From NCBI GenBank assembly GCA_018399355.1, contig JAGYOA010000001.1, positions 1 to 49,740 of the forward strand: DNA of 49,740 nt. Direction: 5' to 3'. Shown here one piece after another: positions 27,490 through 38,300 of this stretch (position 1 is its first letter; each line of letters begins with the position of its first letter). Both the position numbers and the translations under genes were made by a program. The notes beneath the pieces were generated by a model that ran no database searches, was not told the origin of the DNA, and saw nothing but the letters and a program-made list of their open reading frames with translations. The stretch is from Candidatus Woesearchaeota archaeon. Lineage in GTDB: Archaea; Nanobdellota; Nanobdellia; Woesearchaeales; CG1-02-33-12.

Positions 27490-29277
27490 TTATGGCGGCT
27501 TAGGAGGTTCTATTTCAGCACCTTCATCTTTTTTGAATATCCTATAAAAAGGTTTTTTTTGTTTTTTAGTTGATTTAATATCTTTTGGCATTGGCAATGG
27601 ATTTTTTTCATGTTTTTGCCTTGGCGGCATAGGTGGAATCTTCATCTCTGGATTTTTCAGTATTTTTGGTTGAGGTTTTTGCAAAGGTTCTCCTGTTTTC
27701 ATTTTTGGAATTGGTCTTTGATTTTTTAAACCATAATCAATTTCGCTGGAATTAGGAAGAATCATCTCCTTACTATCATCTCTTAAGCTTTCCTTAAGCT
27801 CAGGCATATTTATGCCTATTTTACCAGTTGAGTCCATATTTGATATATCCTTATAGAAAGAAAGTATTCTTGTTCTCAATTCTGTTTTTTTCTGAAGAAA
27901 TCCAGAAGGAAGAGAATTATATGTGTTGATTATTTTATTGTAAAGCTCATGTGCAAGATCATACCTTTTATTCTTGACATGGCTGAATGACTCTTTAAGC
28001 ATATTCTCTATGATATTATACTTTTTGTTAAAGTCATAAACAGAGGTTTTGTCAAGCTCTATTGCAAGCCTTTCGTAAAGGTTAAGCATTATTCTCTGCA
28101 GTTCTGTTTTTTGCCTTAAAAAGCCCTCGGGCATGCTGTAAAAAACCTCTTTCATTTTAGAATATATCTCTCTTGCAGGTTCAATTTCTTTTTTTTCAAG
28201 GTGTTTGTTCATATCTCTAGAAAGCTCCTCTATCCTTTCTGTCTTTTTTTCCATATCTTCCATTGTTATTCTTTTGTAATCAGAAAGGAGCTGGTCATAA
28301 AGTCTTAATATCCTTGACTGCAATTCAGCTTTCTCCTGCAAAAATCCAGATGGGAGGGTATTGTACATTTCCCTTATCCTCGTGTAGAGTTTTATAGCCA
28401 ACTGAATATTTTTTTCTTTTATTGCCTGGTTCATCTCTTCAAGCATAGTTATTATTTCTGTCTTTTTTTCAGATATATCCATTAAATCTTTTTTTTCTCT
28501 TACAGTTATTAGCTCTTCATATGCATCAATTATACTGTTTTGAAGTACAAGCTTTTGTTCAAGAAAACCATTTGGAAGCTCATTATATCTTTCTTTTATA
28601 TCTCCATATATCCTTATTGCGCTTACTATATTTCCCTTTCTTATTTCACTCTGAATGTCTCCAAGCAATTTATGTATTTCCTGCGAATTCTTCTCCATCT
28701 TTCTTCTAGACTCTTTGCTTAGATTCATACCAAGGTCATCGCTTAGCTTAACAAGGTTCTGGTTTATAGAATCCTTTTTTTTAAGAAACTCTTCAGGCAA
28801 TTTGTTGTATCTTGCCTCTATCTTTGAATATATTTCCTTTGCCTTTTCAAATTTTTTCTTTTTTATGCATCCATATGCTTCTGCAAGAAGTGTTTCAATA
28901 TCTGATGCATCATTCTTCTCAGAAAATTCCACTTCATTAGGATCATCATCTTTACTTTCCTCTTTTTTCTCGCTTTTTTCTTTAATTATTTTGCTTGGCT
29001 TTTGTTTTGTTTTATTTGTTTCTGGCTTTTCTGTGAAAACTGTTATAAAAGGTGTTGTAAAATTGTATTTTATAGACAAAACATTTTCTTCTTCAAGAAA
29101 GTTTGCCCAAGATTCAATTGTAGAAGGATCTGCACCAAGAGCTTTCGCAGCGTCATCAAAAGAGATTTCACCCCTTTGCTTGACAAGTCTAACTAGCTCG
29201 TCTGCTTTTGTCTTTACAACGTTCACCTCTTTTTCAAACCTGTTTAAGAGATCTTCGTCTTTCAACTCAGGCTTCAT
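27490..29277 (-). CDS. Protein with an N-terminal winged-helix-like domain, five ~74-aa helical repeats and a Pro/Lys-rich tail
   Basis: GEISFDDAAKALG..IESWANFLEEEN; repeated YNxLPxGFLxxKxxL; PPMPP and PPKPP in the tail. Confidence 0.8.
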   Translation of the reverse strand: MKPELKDEDLLNRFEKEVNVVKTKADELVRLVKQRGEISFDDAAKALGADPSTIESWANFLEEENVLSIKYNFTTPFITVFTEKPETNKTKQKPSKIIKEKSEKKEESKDDDPNEVEFSEKNDASDIETLLAEAYGCIKKKKFEKAKEIYSKIEARYNKLPEEFLKKKDSINQNLVKLSDDLGMNLSKESRRKMEKNSQEIHKLLGDIQSEIRKGNIVSAIRIYGDIKERYNELPNGFLEQKLVLQNSIIDAYEELITVREKKDLMDISEKKTEIITMLEEMNQAIKEKNIQLAIKLYTRIREMYNTLPSGFLQEKAELQSRILRLYDQLLSDYKRITMEDMEKKTERIEELSRDMNKHLEKKEIEPAREIYSKMKEVFYSMPEGFLRQKTELQRIMLNLYERLAIELDKTSVYDFNKKYNIIENMLKESFSHVKNKRYDLAHELYNKIINTYNSLPSGFLQKKTELRTRILSFYKDISNMDSTGKIGINMPELKESLRDDSKEMILPNSSEIDYGLKNQRPIPKMKTGEPLQKPQPKILKNPEMKIPPMPPRQKHEKNPLPMPKDIKSTKKQKKPFYRIFKKDEGAEIEPPKPP

Positions 29278-29429
29278 TAAATAAATTAAAATCGACTTGA
29301 TATTTAAAGTTTTTGATGTTTGACAGGAAAATCTTTAATTACTACAAAATAGGGTTTAATTTTTGCCACAGAGCAATGATTTATTATCAATAGAAAGTTT
29401 TTTATAACTATTATTAAAGATTAAACAAT

Positions 29430-30149
29430 ATGTCTGAAAGAAAAATAGCTGATTACGTTGAAAAAAATCTCAAGAAAGGAATTGAAATAAATGACATAAA
29501 AAAAGCACTTTCAAAAGCAGGCTGGTCAAAGAGTGAAATAGAGAACGGAATTAACCTTTTAAATGATAAGCCGTCTGACCCTAATTTCAGGAATAAAGAT
29601 TACAGCAAATATTTATCTGATGATAAAAAAAGAAACAAAAAAGTAATTATCTTCTTTGCATTAGTCTTAATGGTTCTTATAGTATTAGGATATTTCTTTT
29701 TTCCAAGGTATGAATTAGATATTGAAAAGAGTATTAAAAATCAAGATGAAACAATTGCTACACATGAATCCGAAAACGAAGAGACATCCCAAACAGAACA
29801 AGAGTTAGAGAATGATATAGAAACCCAAAATGAAGATTTAACAGAAGAATCTTCAGAACAAGAAGAAGAGGCAAAGACAGATGAATGTGTTGAGAAATAT
29901 TACAAGATGTGTTATTTTGGGGACGTTTATTGGTATGATTCCTGCTATAATATAGGGGAGATTGCAACAAAATGCCCATCAGGAGAATGTATTAACGCAA
30001 CATGTGTTGAATGCAAGCAAAAAGCTTATCAGGAATGTTATGATGATGACCTTTATTGGTATGATTCCTGCAGAAGAATGGGAGCCAAAGCAAAAGAATG
30101 TGAGTTCGGCTGCATTGGAGACAGCTGCTTAGATGAAGAAGAATCTTAA
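29430..30149 (+). CDS. Single-pass membrane protein with acidic stalk and two Cys-rich repeats
   Basis: Small N-terminal helical domain (IKKALSKAGWS), TM, then CYFGDVYWYDSC and CYDDDLYWYDSC. Confidence 0.8.
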   Translation: MSERKIADYVEKNLKKGIEINDIKKALSKAGWSKSEIENGINLLNDKPSDPNFRNKDYSKYLSDDKKRNKKVIIFFALVLMVLIVLGYFFFPRYELDIEKSIKNQDETIATHESENEETSQTEQELENDIETQNEDLTEESSEQEEEAKTDECVEKYYKMCYFGDVYWYDSCYNIGEIATKCPSGECINATCVECKQKAYQECYDDDLYWYDSCRRMGAKAKECEFGCIGDSCLDEEES

Positions 30150-30222
30150 TTTTCATAATTATTGAAAAATTTTATATAGTTAAACTAAATCTTTCTCTTA
30201 ATTTAAATTACAAGGTGGTAAA

Positions 30223-30912
30223 ATGAGCATAAACTTTATAAAAAACATATATGAAAAAAATGTTGATGAAAAAGCACATGAAAAGTTTGTACGTTATAGT
30301 ATTGGAGACTTTGAAAAGGAAGAATTTATAATAAAGAAAGGAGCGTCTTTTGTGCAGGTTAAAGCAGGTTTTGAATATCTCAGCGTTATTCTTGAATTGA
30401 TGTCTAATCTTGTAAAAGAAAATGTTTCATTAAATGGAATGATTATAACAAAAAAAGACATACTTCCTGAGATAAAGGATTTTGGAATAGAGCCTGAGAA
30501 AATAACTGGTAAAAAATACACAATTAAAGAAGATATGGGTCCTGAAAGATTTAAGGAATTTATCAGCAAATTCAATGATTACTTTCTGCTTTTAAACTTA
30601 AAATCAGGAAAATACAGCATCTCAGTAAAAAAATCAATTCCAAAGCCGGGAAAACTTGTTGAGGGATTTGTGAAAGCAAAGTTTGAAAAGAATGATTTTC
30701 AAAAGATAAAAAATGAGTTTTTGTTTGATGTTAACACAGAGGATTTCAAGCAGGCCTCAATAAAGCAAACATATGTAATAGAAGAGCTTATCGCACCAGA
30801 AGGTTGCTCTCCTGAGGAGGCAAGATTAAACGCAAAAAGAAAAGGTAAGATTGTAAGAAAGATAAGCATTGACGGAGAAGAGCAGGAAAACCAGATAGAG
30901 CTTCTTGCATAA
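30223..30912 (+). CDS. Hypothetical protein
   Basis: 229-aa ORF with SD AGGTGG. HEKFVRYSIGDF and RLNAKRKGKIVR; no family recognised. Confidence 0.75.
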   Translation: MSINFIKNIYEKNVDEKAHEKFVRYSIGDFEKEEFIIKKGASFVQVKAGFEYLSVILELMSNLVKENVSLNGMIITKKDILPEIKDFGIEPEKITGKKYTIKEDMGPERFKEFISKFNDYFLLLNLKSGKYSISVKKSIPKPGKLVEGFVKAKFEKNDFQKIKNEFLFDVNTEDFKQASIKQTYVIEELIAPEGCSPEEARLNAKRKGKIVRKISIDGEEQENQIELLA

Positions 30913-30974
30913 TTATTCCTCAATGAATAATATATTCAGAAGATTATTTAAACAAGAATAAGAGATTATATGAA

Positions 30975-33155
30975 ATGAATCAACAAACCAAAAAAAGGAC
31001 TCTTGTAACAAGCGCTCTGCCTTATGTAAATAATGTTCCCCATCTTGGAAATATGGTGTGTATAATAAGCGCAGATGTATATACAAGGTTCTTAAGGTCA
31101 AATAAAGTTGATGTTATCTCTGTTATCGGCACAGATGAGCATGGAACAACAACAGAAACAAAGGCTCTTGAAGAAGGTTTGACTCCAGAGCAAGTCTGCG
31201 AGAAATACTTTAAGATACATAAAGAGATTTACGAGTGGTTTGGAAACTCTTTTGACTGCATAGGAAGAACATCGTCTAAGGAAAACTATGAGGTAACTCA
31301 AGATATATTCAAAAAGCTGAATCAGAATGGTTTTATAAAAAAGCAAATAGTAGTGCAGGCTTACTGCACAAAATGCGATAAATTTCTCGCTGACCGTTTT
31401 GTTGAAGGAACTTGCCCAAAATGCGGCTATAAGGATGCGCGCGGCGACCAGTGCGAGAACTGCGGGGCCTTGCTCAACGCAACTGAATTAGTTGATGCAA
31501 GATGCAAAATATGCGGAACTAATCCTATAACAAAAGAAACAGAGCATTTATTTATTGATTTGCCGAAGCTTGCTCCTCTTCTTGAAAAATGGATTAATGA
31601 ACAGTCTGTAAAGGGAAGATGGTCCCAGAATGCAAAAACAATGACAGATGCATGGATAAGAGATGGTTTAAGAGAGAGATGCATAACGCGCGATTTAAAA
31701 TGGGGAATTCCCGTGCCCTATCCTGATTTTGAAAAAAAGGTTTTTTACTCATGGTTTGACGCTCCAATAGGTTATATTGGAATAACAAAAGAGTGCAGAG
31801 AAGATTGGAAGGAATGGTGGTTCGGCGATGATGTAAGATTAGTACAGTTCATGGGAAAGGACAACATTCCATTTCATACTGTTTTGTTTCCTGCATCATT
31901 GATTGGAACAAAAGAGGATTATGTTTTGCTTGACAGAATCTCATCAAACGAATACATTAATTATGAAGGAGGCCAGTTTTCAAAAAGCCGCAGCTTAGGT
32001 GTTTTTGGGGATGATGCAATAAAAACAGGAATTCCTGCAGATGTTTGGAGATATTATATTATGGTTAATAGGCCTGAAAAAGCAGACACTGACTTTTCAT
32101 GGGAGGACTTCCAGAGCAAAATCAATAATGAACTTGTTGCAAACCTTGGAAATTTTATTAACAGGACAATATCCTTCATAAACAACTACACTGATTCAAA
32201 AGTTCCTAAAGCAAAGTTAGATGAAAAAGATAATGCCTTTTTACAAGAAATAAGAAAAGAGATAAAAAAAGCAACAGAGCTTTTAGATGACATACAGCTG
32301 AAAGATGCTCTAAAGAGCATAATGCATATTTCAAAACTTGGCAACCAGTATTTTCAGGAAACACAGCCATGGAAATCAATAAAAGAAAATAAGGCTAAGG
32401 CAGAAACATGCTTAGCAGTATGCGCAAATATAACAAAAGATTTGGCTGTTATGATAAGACCTTATATGCCTGAAACATCCAACAAAATATTTAATCAGCT
32501 TAATATCCAAGAGAAAAATTGGGATGATTTAGGAAAATTGTCTCTTGAAAAACATCATAAAATAAACAAAGCAGAACCATTATTAAACAAGCTTGAAGAT
32601 AATGACATAAAAAAATTCAAAAAAGAGTTTGGAGGCAAAAGAATGCAGGAAAAAACAGATGAAAGAAAAGATCCGTTTGCAAAACTTGACTTAAAGGTTG
32701 CAAAAATAATAAGTGTTGAAGACCATCCTGATGCTGAAAAATTGTTGGTTATGAAAATAAACATAGGTGATGAGGAAAGGCAGATAGTAGGAGGAATTAA
32801 AAAGTATTATTCAAAACAAGAACTTGTAGGAAGGAATCTTATTGTTGTTAAAAACCTTAAGCCGATTGTTTTGAGGGGCAAGGAGAGTAAAGGAATGCTT
32901 CTTGCTGCAATGGAAAAACAAGGTGATGAGGAAAATGTAAAGCTACTTTCAGCAAAAAACAGCAATCCAGGAGATGATGTTTTTATTGATGGAATTGATA
33001 AACAACCAAAAAAACATCTTGGTTACAGTGAGTTTAAAGAAGTAGAGATGAGAACTGATTCAGAAGGACATGTCATTTACGATGGAAAGCAATTAAAAAC
33101 AGGAAAAGAACAAGTAAATGTTGAGGGAGTTAAAGAAGGCGCTCTAATAAGATAA
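30975..33155 (+). CDS. metG: Methionyl-tRNA synthetase with C-terminal tRNA-binding OB domain
   Basis: TSALPYVNNVPHLGN, GTDEHG, four CxxC, WFDAPIGY, GKDNIPFH, QFSKS and HPDAEKL..SKGMLLAA. Confidence 0.98.
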   Translation: MNQQTKKRTLVTSALPYVNNVPHLGNMVCIISADVYTRFLRSNKVDVISVIGTDEHGTTTETKALEEGLTPEQVCEKYFKIHKEIYEWFGNSFDCIGRTSSKENYEVTQDIFKKLNQNGFIKKQIVVQAYCTKCDKFLADRFVEGTCPKCGYKDARGDQCENCGALLNATELVDARCKICGTNPITKETEHLFIDLPKLAPLLEKWINEQSVKGRWSQNAKTMTDAWIRDGLRERCITRDLKWGIPVPYPDFEKKVFYSWFDAPIGYIGITKECREDWKEWWFGDDVRLVQFMGKDNIPFHTVLFPASLIGTKEDYVLLDRISSNEYINYEGGQFSKSRSLGVFGDDAIKTGIPADVWRYYIMVNRPEKADTDFSWEDFQSKINNELVANLGNFINRTISFINNYTDSKVPKAKLDEKDNAFLQEIRKEIKKATELLDDIQLKDALKSIMHISKLGNQYFQETQPWKSIKENKAKAETCLAVCANITKDLAVMIRPYMPETSNKIFNQLNIQEKNWDDLGKLSLEKHHKINKAEPLLNKLEDNDIKKFKKEFGGKRMQEKTDERKDPFAKLDLKVAKIISVEDHPDAEKLLVMKINIGDEERQIVGGIKKYYSKQELVGRNLIVVKNLKPIVLRGKESKGMLLAAMEKQGDEENVKLLSAKNSNPGDDVFIDGIDKQPKKHLGYSEFKEVEMRTDSEGHVIYDGKQLKTGKEQVNVEGVKEGALIR

Positions 33156-33215
33156 GGTATTTTTAAAAACAAAAGCTTTATATATATTTTATAAGAATTA
33201 GTGTGTAGAGGGAAT

Positions 33216-35342
33216 ATGTTGAGGAAAAGAGGCCAGGTAAGCGTATTTATTATTATAGGGATTCTGTTAATTCTTTTTGTTGGCATAGCTTTGTTTATAA
33301 GATCAATTATAACAGAAGACACAGAGCAGCAGCCAGAGGATATCCCCTCTGAATTTTATCCTGTAAAAATTTTTATTGAGCAGTGTATAAGCAGGACTGC
33401 TTCTGAGGCAATACAGCTGATAGGTGAATCTGGAGGTTATACAAACTTAGATGAGTTTGGGATAACACATACATCTGACCCAACAACATCTCAGGCAGTT
33501 CAGTTTTCTCCTGAAAGCTCTTTGAATGTTGCATACTGGTGGTATCTTAAAAGCTCGAATGACTGCTCAGGAAACTGTGAGTTTTCATCAGAGATGCCCT
33601 ACTTAAAAAGTGAATATGATAAGGGAGAGGAAAGGTCTTTTATGGATTCCTCTGTTGAGGCCCAGATTGATAGATATGTAAATGAAAACTTAGAAGAATG
33701 CTTGAATAATTTTCAAGATTTTGAAGCGCAGGGATTTACAGTAACAAAACTTGGCAATGTAACAGCAACAACAACTGTAAGAGATAAAGATGTTCTTGTT
33801 TCAGTGGATTACCCTATTGAAATAAAAAAAGGAAATATTAATTCAAAGCCCTCAAAATTCTTTACAGAAATTCCTGTGATGTTAAAAGATGTTTATGAGC
33901 TTGCGTTTATGATAACCAGTGATGAAATAAACTATCATTTCCTTGAGATAAACACTCTTAACTTAATATCTGCCTTCTCTGATATAGATGAGAATAAGCT
34001 GCCCCCCATGGCAGGCTCTGAATTTCAGTTAAAAGCTCCAGTCTATTGGACAAAGCCAGATGTAGAAACAAAAATTGAGGAAATGCTTATGAGCTATATT
34101 CCTTTATTGCAGGTTAAAGACACATTGAACTACCAGGACAGAATTTCAGGAGACACTATAAAAGACGGAATATATGAGCATATGACGATTCCATCATATG
34201 GAGATAATTACAAAAGAACTGCATCTAATTTCGCTTACCTTGGATGGTGGAGTATATACTTTGACATAAACTCGAGATCTGGATTAATAATGCCTGAATC
34301 AGCATCCTCAAACTTTCTGCCATTGGACATAGGAATACAAAGATATGACTTTTCATATGATATTTCATATCCTGTTGTTGTAACATTAAACAGCCCAGAC
34401 TCTTTTAATGGAAAGGGCTATTCATTCAGATTTGCTCTTGAAGCAAACATAAGAAATAATGAGCCAATGAACTCTTCATTTATTTCATTGGAAAGTTTTG
34501 GTGAAGAGCAATCAATGTTCTGTGATATAAACAAGAGAAACAGCGGAGATATTACAATAAAAACATTTGATGCACAGACAAAACAACCTATTGACAAAGT
34601 TATGGTTTATTACTCATGCGGACAAGAGTCATGCTTTATAGGGCAGACAGAACTAAAAGACAATCAAGCTGTTCTTGAAACAAAACTTCCAATATGTGCA
34701 GGAGGAACTATAACTTATACAAAGCCTGATTACATAGGATATTCGCAATTTTTAAGCACAGAGGTTGATGAAAGCGCAACACTTTCTTCTGTTAATCTTG
34801 AGCCAATAGAAATAAAGAAAATAGAAGTTAAAAAGAAGAATCTTGTTAAACAAGACGGATCATGGATTTTCCAGAATAATCCTTTATCTTTATCATGGGA
34901 TGAGCAGGCAATAATCTCTCTTGAAAGAATAGGAAAAGAAGGCGAGGAAGAATTCACAGCTGTCGCTGAATTCAAGGGCGGCCAATCAAATCCTTCTGAG
35001 ATAAGGATAGCCCCTGGAAAATACAAGGTTAATATCCAGCTTATGCTTGACAGCAAAGTAGTTATTCCTGAAAGAACAGAGAAGATATTGGGAATTATAC
35101 CAATAGCAAAGGTTCCTGAGATTGAGCTTGAGCCATATCCTGCAGGAGGAGTAATCTTTGATGAAAACAATGCATTTGAAATAAAAACAACAGATCATAA
35201 TACAATTGAGTTTTACAGCCTTTATGTTGATATTCCATCAATACCTCTGTCACAAAGAACTCATAAAGATATTGAAGAAACAGGAAAGATAGAGGATTAT
35301 TCAAAATACTACAGAAAAAGCCTGGAGCCAAGTTTAAGATGA
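33216..35342 (+). CDS. Giant class III signal peptide (pilin-like) surface protein, copy A
   Basis: MLRKRG|QVSVFIIIG plus TM. Collinear similarity to 41071..42972. Confidence 0.8.
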   Translation: MLRKRGQVSVFIIIGILLILFVGIALFIRSIITEDTEQQPEDIPSEFYPVKIFIEQCISRTASEAIQLIGESGGYTNLDEFGITHTSDPTTSQAVQFSPESSLNVAYWWYLKSSNDCSGNCEFSSEMPYLKSEYDKGEERSFMDSSVEAQIDRYVNENLEECLNNFQDFEAQGFTVTKLGNVTATTTVRDKDVLVSVDYPIEIKKGNINSKPSKFFTEIPVMLKDVYELAFMITSDEINYHFLEINTLNLISAFSDIDENKLPPMAGSEFQLKAPVYWTKPDVETKIEEMLMSYIPLLQVKDTLNYQDRISGDTIKDGIYEHMTIPSYGDNYKRTASNFAYLGWWSIYFDINSRSGLIMPESASSNFLPLDIGIQRYDFSYDISYPVVVTLNSPDSFNGKGYSFRFALEANIRNNEPMNSSFISLESFGEEQSMFCDINKRNSGDITIKTFDAQTKQPIDKVMVYYSCGQESCFIGQTELKDNQAVLETKLPICAGGTITYTKPDYIGYSQFLSTEVDESATLSSVNLEPIEIKKIEVKKKNLVKQDGSWIFQNNPLSLSWDEQAIISLERIGKEGEEEFTAVAEFKGGQSNPSEIRIAPGKYKVNIQLMLDSKVVIPERTEKILGIIPIAKVPEIELEPYPAGGVIFDENNAFEIKTTDHNTIEFYSLYVDIPSIPLSQRTHKDIEETGKIEDYSKYYRKSLEPSLR

Positions 35343-38300
35343 TAAAGAAAATATCTGCAATTTTTGCAATAATGCTAATACTTATGCTTCCTATTTACAG
35401 CGCAAACGTCTTTGCCTCAATAAATAATGTTAGGGTTTTTGGAAATGATCAGCTAGAAGGTTATAGAAGAGAAGACGATTTAACATACGTGCTTGCAGAT
35501 GTATCTATAAGCGGGGATGATGCAATAAATCCTGAACAGGTTTTTTTCAATAATCAAGAATTCAGCAACTGCATGGCATCAGGAGATTATTTTACCTGTG
35601 TTTTAGGATTAAACAAAAATAAAATAGAGCCAAAAACACATTCTTTTACCATAAATCTTAAAGATAAATCAGGAAAAACAGTTGACACATATACAAGTAC
35701 TTATGTTGTTGATGCAAAAGCCCCTTTAATAACAAGCTTTATTGTCTTGCCAAAAGTCACAAAAAAAGGAAATCTAACAGTAGAGTATAATATAAGAGAC
35801 TATTCCTATGAATCAAATCCAGGGTCGGGCATTAAAAAAATTGTTATTTGCAAAGATGACCTTGCAAATATTGTAAAAGAAATAGAAATAAACGGAACAT
35901 CAAGTCTTGATGCAAGAAAGCTCAGCTTTAAGACATCTGATTTTATTGAATCAACAGGTTCTGCTGATGTATGTATAATAGCTTATGATATGTTAGGACA
36001 GGCATCTGAGATGAAATGCGAAAAGCTAACTGTTGACGAAAAAAGCCCCGAGATTAAAACGGATGCTTTTCAGATAACTGATTCTTCAGGGAATGAAATA
36101 GATTATATATCAACAAATCCTGTATCAGCAATAGTTGCTGTTGAAATTGAAGACGAATCTCTTGCAAAGGTTACTGCTGACTTATCTGAACTTAATAGCC
36201 AGGCATCATACAAAAACATGGAAGCAGAATGTATTAATAATGATAATCTTTATGAATGCGCATGGCCTGTAACAATAAAGCTTTCTGATTCTGGAAAAGT
36301 AAGCATAAAAATAACAGCAGAGGATGCTGTTGGAAACAATGCTGAAAAAACAGTAAGCCACACTTTCAAGTTTGATAAAACCGGGCCTGTAGTTAAATCA
36401 ATATCAAACATTATAGAAGAGGGAGAAATAAAATATTTAGGCAAGAATAATAACCTGGTTTTAGAAATCGAAGAAAAAGATTCAGGGTTAAACCTTGAAA
36501 ATGTTTGGATAAGAATAGGAAGCTCAAACATAAAAACAGATGAATGCGTTCAAGAAGGAAGCAGTTGGAATTGTTACTTTAATGATGTAAGTGTAAATAG
36601 CGCTGATGGCTCTTCTGTTGTTGTTTCAGTAAGCCCTGACTCAAAAGATGATGTTGGAAATAAGTTTGACTTAAGCAAAGGAATTTCTTCTGAAACTTTT
36701 GTAATGGATTCAAATGCTCCCCTCTTAATTGGTGAGATTGAAATAACAAAGATTGGAAACCATTCATACAGTGATATGTATGAAACAGATGAATTTGCTT
36801 CAGGAGACAAACTTAATATAAAAGCAACCTTAAATGAAAAATCAAAATTAACTGCTAAAGCTGATCTTTCTGCAATAGGCTTTGGAAAAGCTGAGCAGGG
36901 TTCATGCTCGCAGCAGGAAAACAATTGGGTTTGCGAATGGAATATAGGGCCTATTGCATCCGGCCCAATAAAAGGAAATCTTAATTTTGAATTTACTGAT
37001 ATTGTTGGAAACACTGCTGAAAAAACAGTGCCCATTAATGTTTTAGGTGTTTATGATGAAGAAAAACCTGATTTCTGGTATGTTGAAAAAATTGAAAAGA
37101 TGCCCAAGGCAATTGACAGGCAGACAACTGAATTGATAACACATAAACAATATGTGCATGTAAGCCTTAAGCCAATATATGACAGATGCGGAACTTCAAT
37201 CTTGGCAATGGATTTAGAGTGCACAGGAGACACAGGATACATAGAAAATTATGAGCTAATTAATGAAAACTCAGAAGATCCTTACATTGTTGTAACATTA
37301 AGCCAGCAGGAAATGCCTGAAAACTCATTGTCATTAAACTGCAATCTTCTTATAATATCAAAAATCTGCGGAGATACAATAGCCGCAAATGTTGAGGAAG
37401 AACCGGTTAAGTTTACAGTTGATTTTTACAATATGCCTCTTGGTGAAGTAAGTGATAATGTAAAAAACAAGATAAAAGAGGCTCAGGACAGCTGGCTAGT
37501 GCAGCAAGAATGGATAGGAGAGCTTGAGAAGTGGATAACATATGCTGAAAAAATATGTGGGCTTTTTGGTACATGGAACAAGGTTAACCAAGCATTGGCA
37601 AATGTTGAAGCATTGCTTGAGGTAATTAAGGTTCCAGGAATATCAGACGCAATAAAAAATAGTTTTAAGGAAACCACTAAAAAAAGCGTTGATGCATATA
37701 AAAAATACTATTTCAACCAAGACACAGGTGAAGAAGGAATTGGATTCAAAGTTTGTAAGTATATTTCGTGTGATCAGGGATTGTGGGGAGACTGGTATAA
37801 TGAAATAATATCAGAGCACAGCAAGCCGTTAGGTGAAAGCGGGTTTACTGCAACAATATGGCCCTCAAGTCCAAAAGACAGCCTTGTTTTAAGCCTTGCA
37901 ACTGGTTGCCTGCCGGGAATAGTGCATAACATGCAAAAAAGAAGGCAGGTTGAATGCTATTATGTGTTATGCCTGAAGAATGCAGCTGTTGAGGGAGTTT
38001 CGCTTTATGTTTGTGATGAGCAGAAAGCCTATCTTGAATGCATGTTTATTTACGGAGAGATATTCCAGATAATTCCATTTGCAGGTTTTTTCAAGGGACT
38101 TGTCAGCAATGTTCAGACAATATTTGCTGACCCTATAGGAATGATATTCGCAGGAATAAACTTTTACTGTGATATGCAGCCAGCAGGAGCGCTCCATGCA
38201 GGATGTGTTATCGCCCATTTGGTTCCAACTTTAGCTGAGATAACTGAAGATATAGCAGGCTTTGTTGATACAGAGAGCTGGCAGGTGGGTGATGTTTGCG

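Noticed and set aside
28655..29284. 209-aa plus-strand ORF and other antisense ORFs (e.g. 4285..4734, 6265..6723, 36574..37035)
   Set aside because: They are shadows of well-supported opposite-strand genes, with the F/S/L-rich composition expected from reverse-complemented K/E-rich codons.
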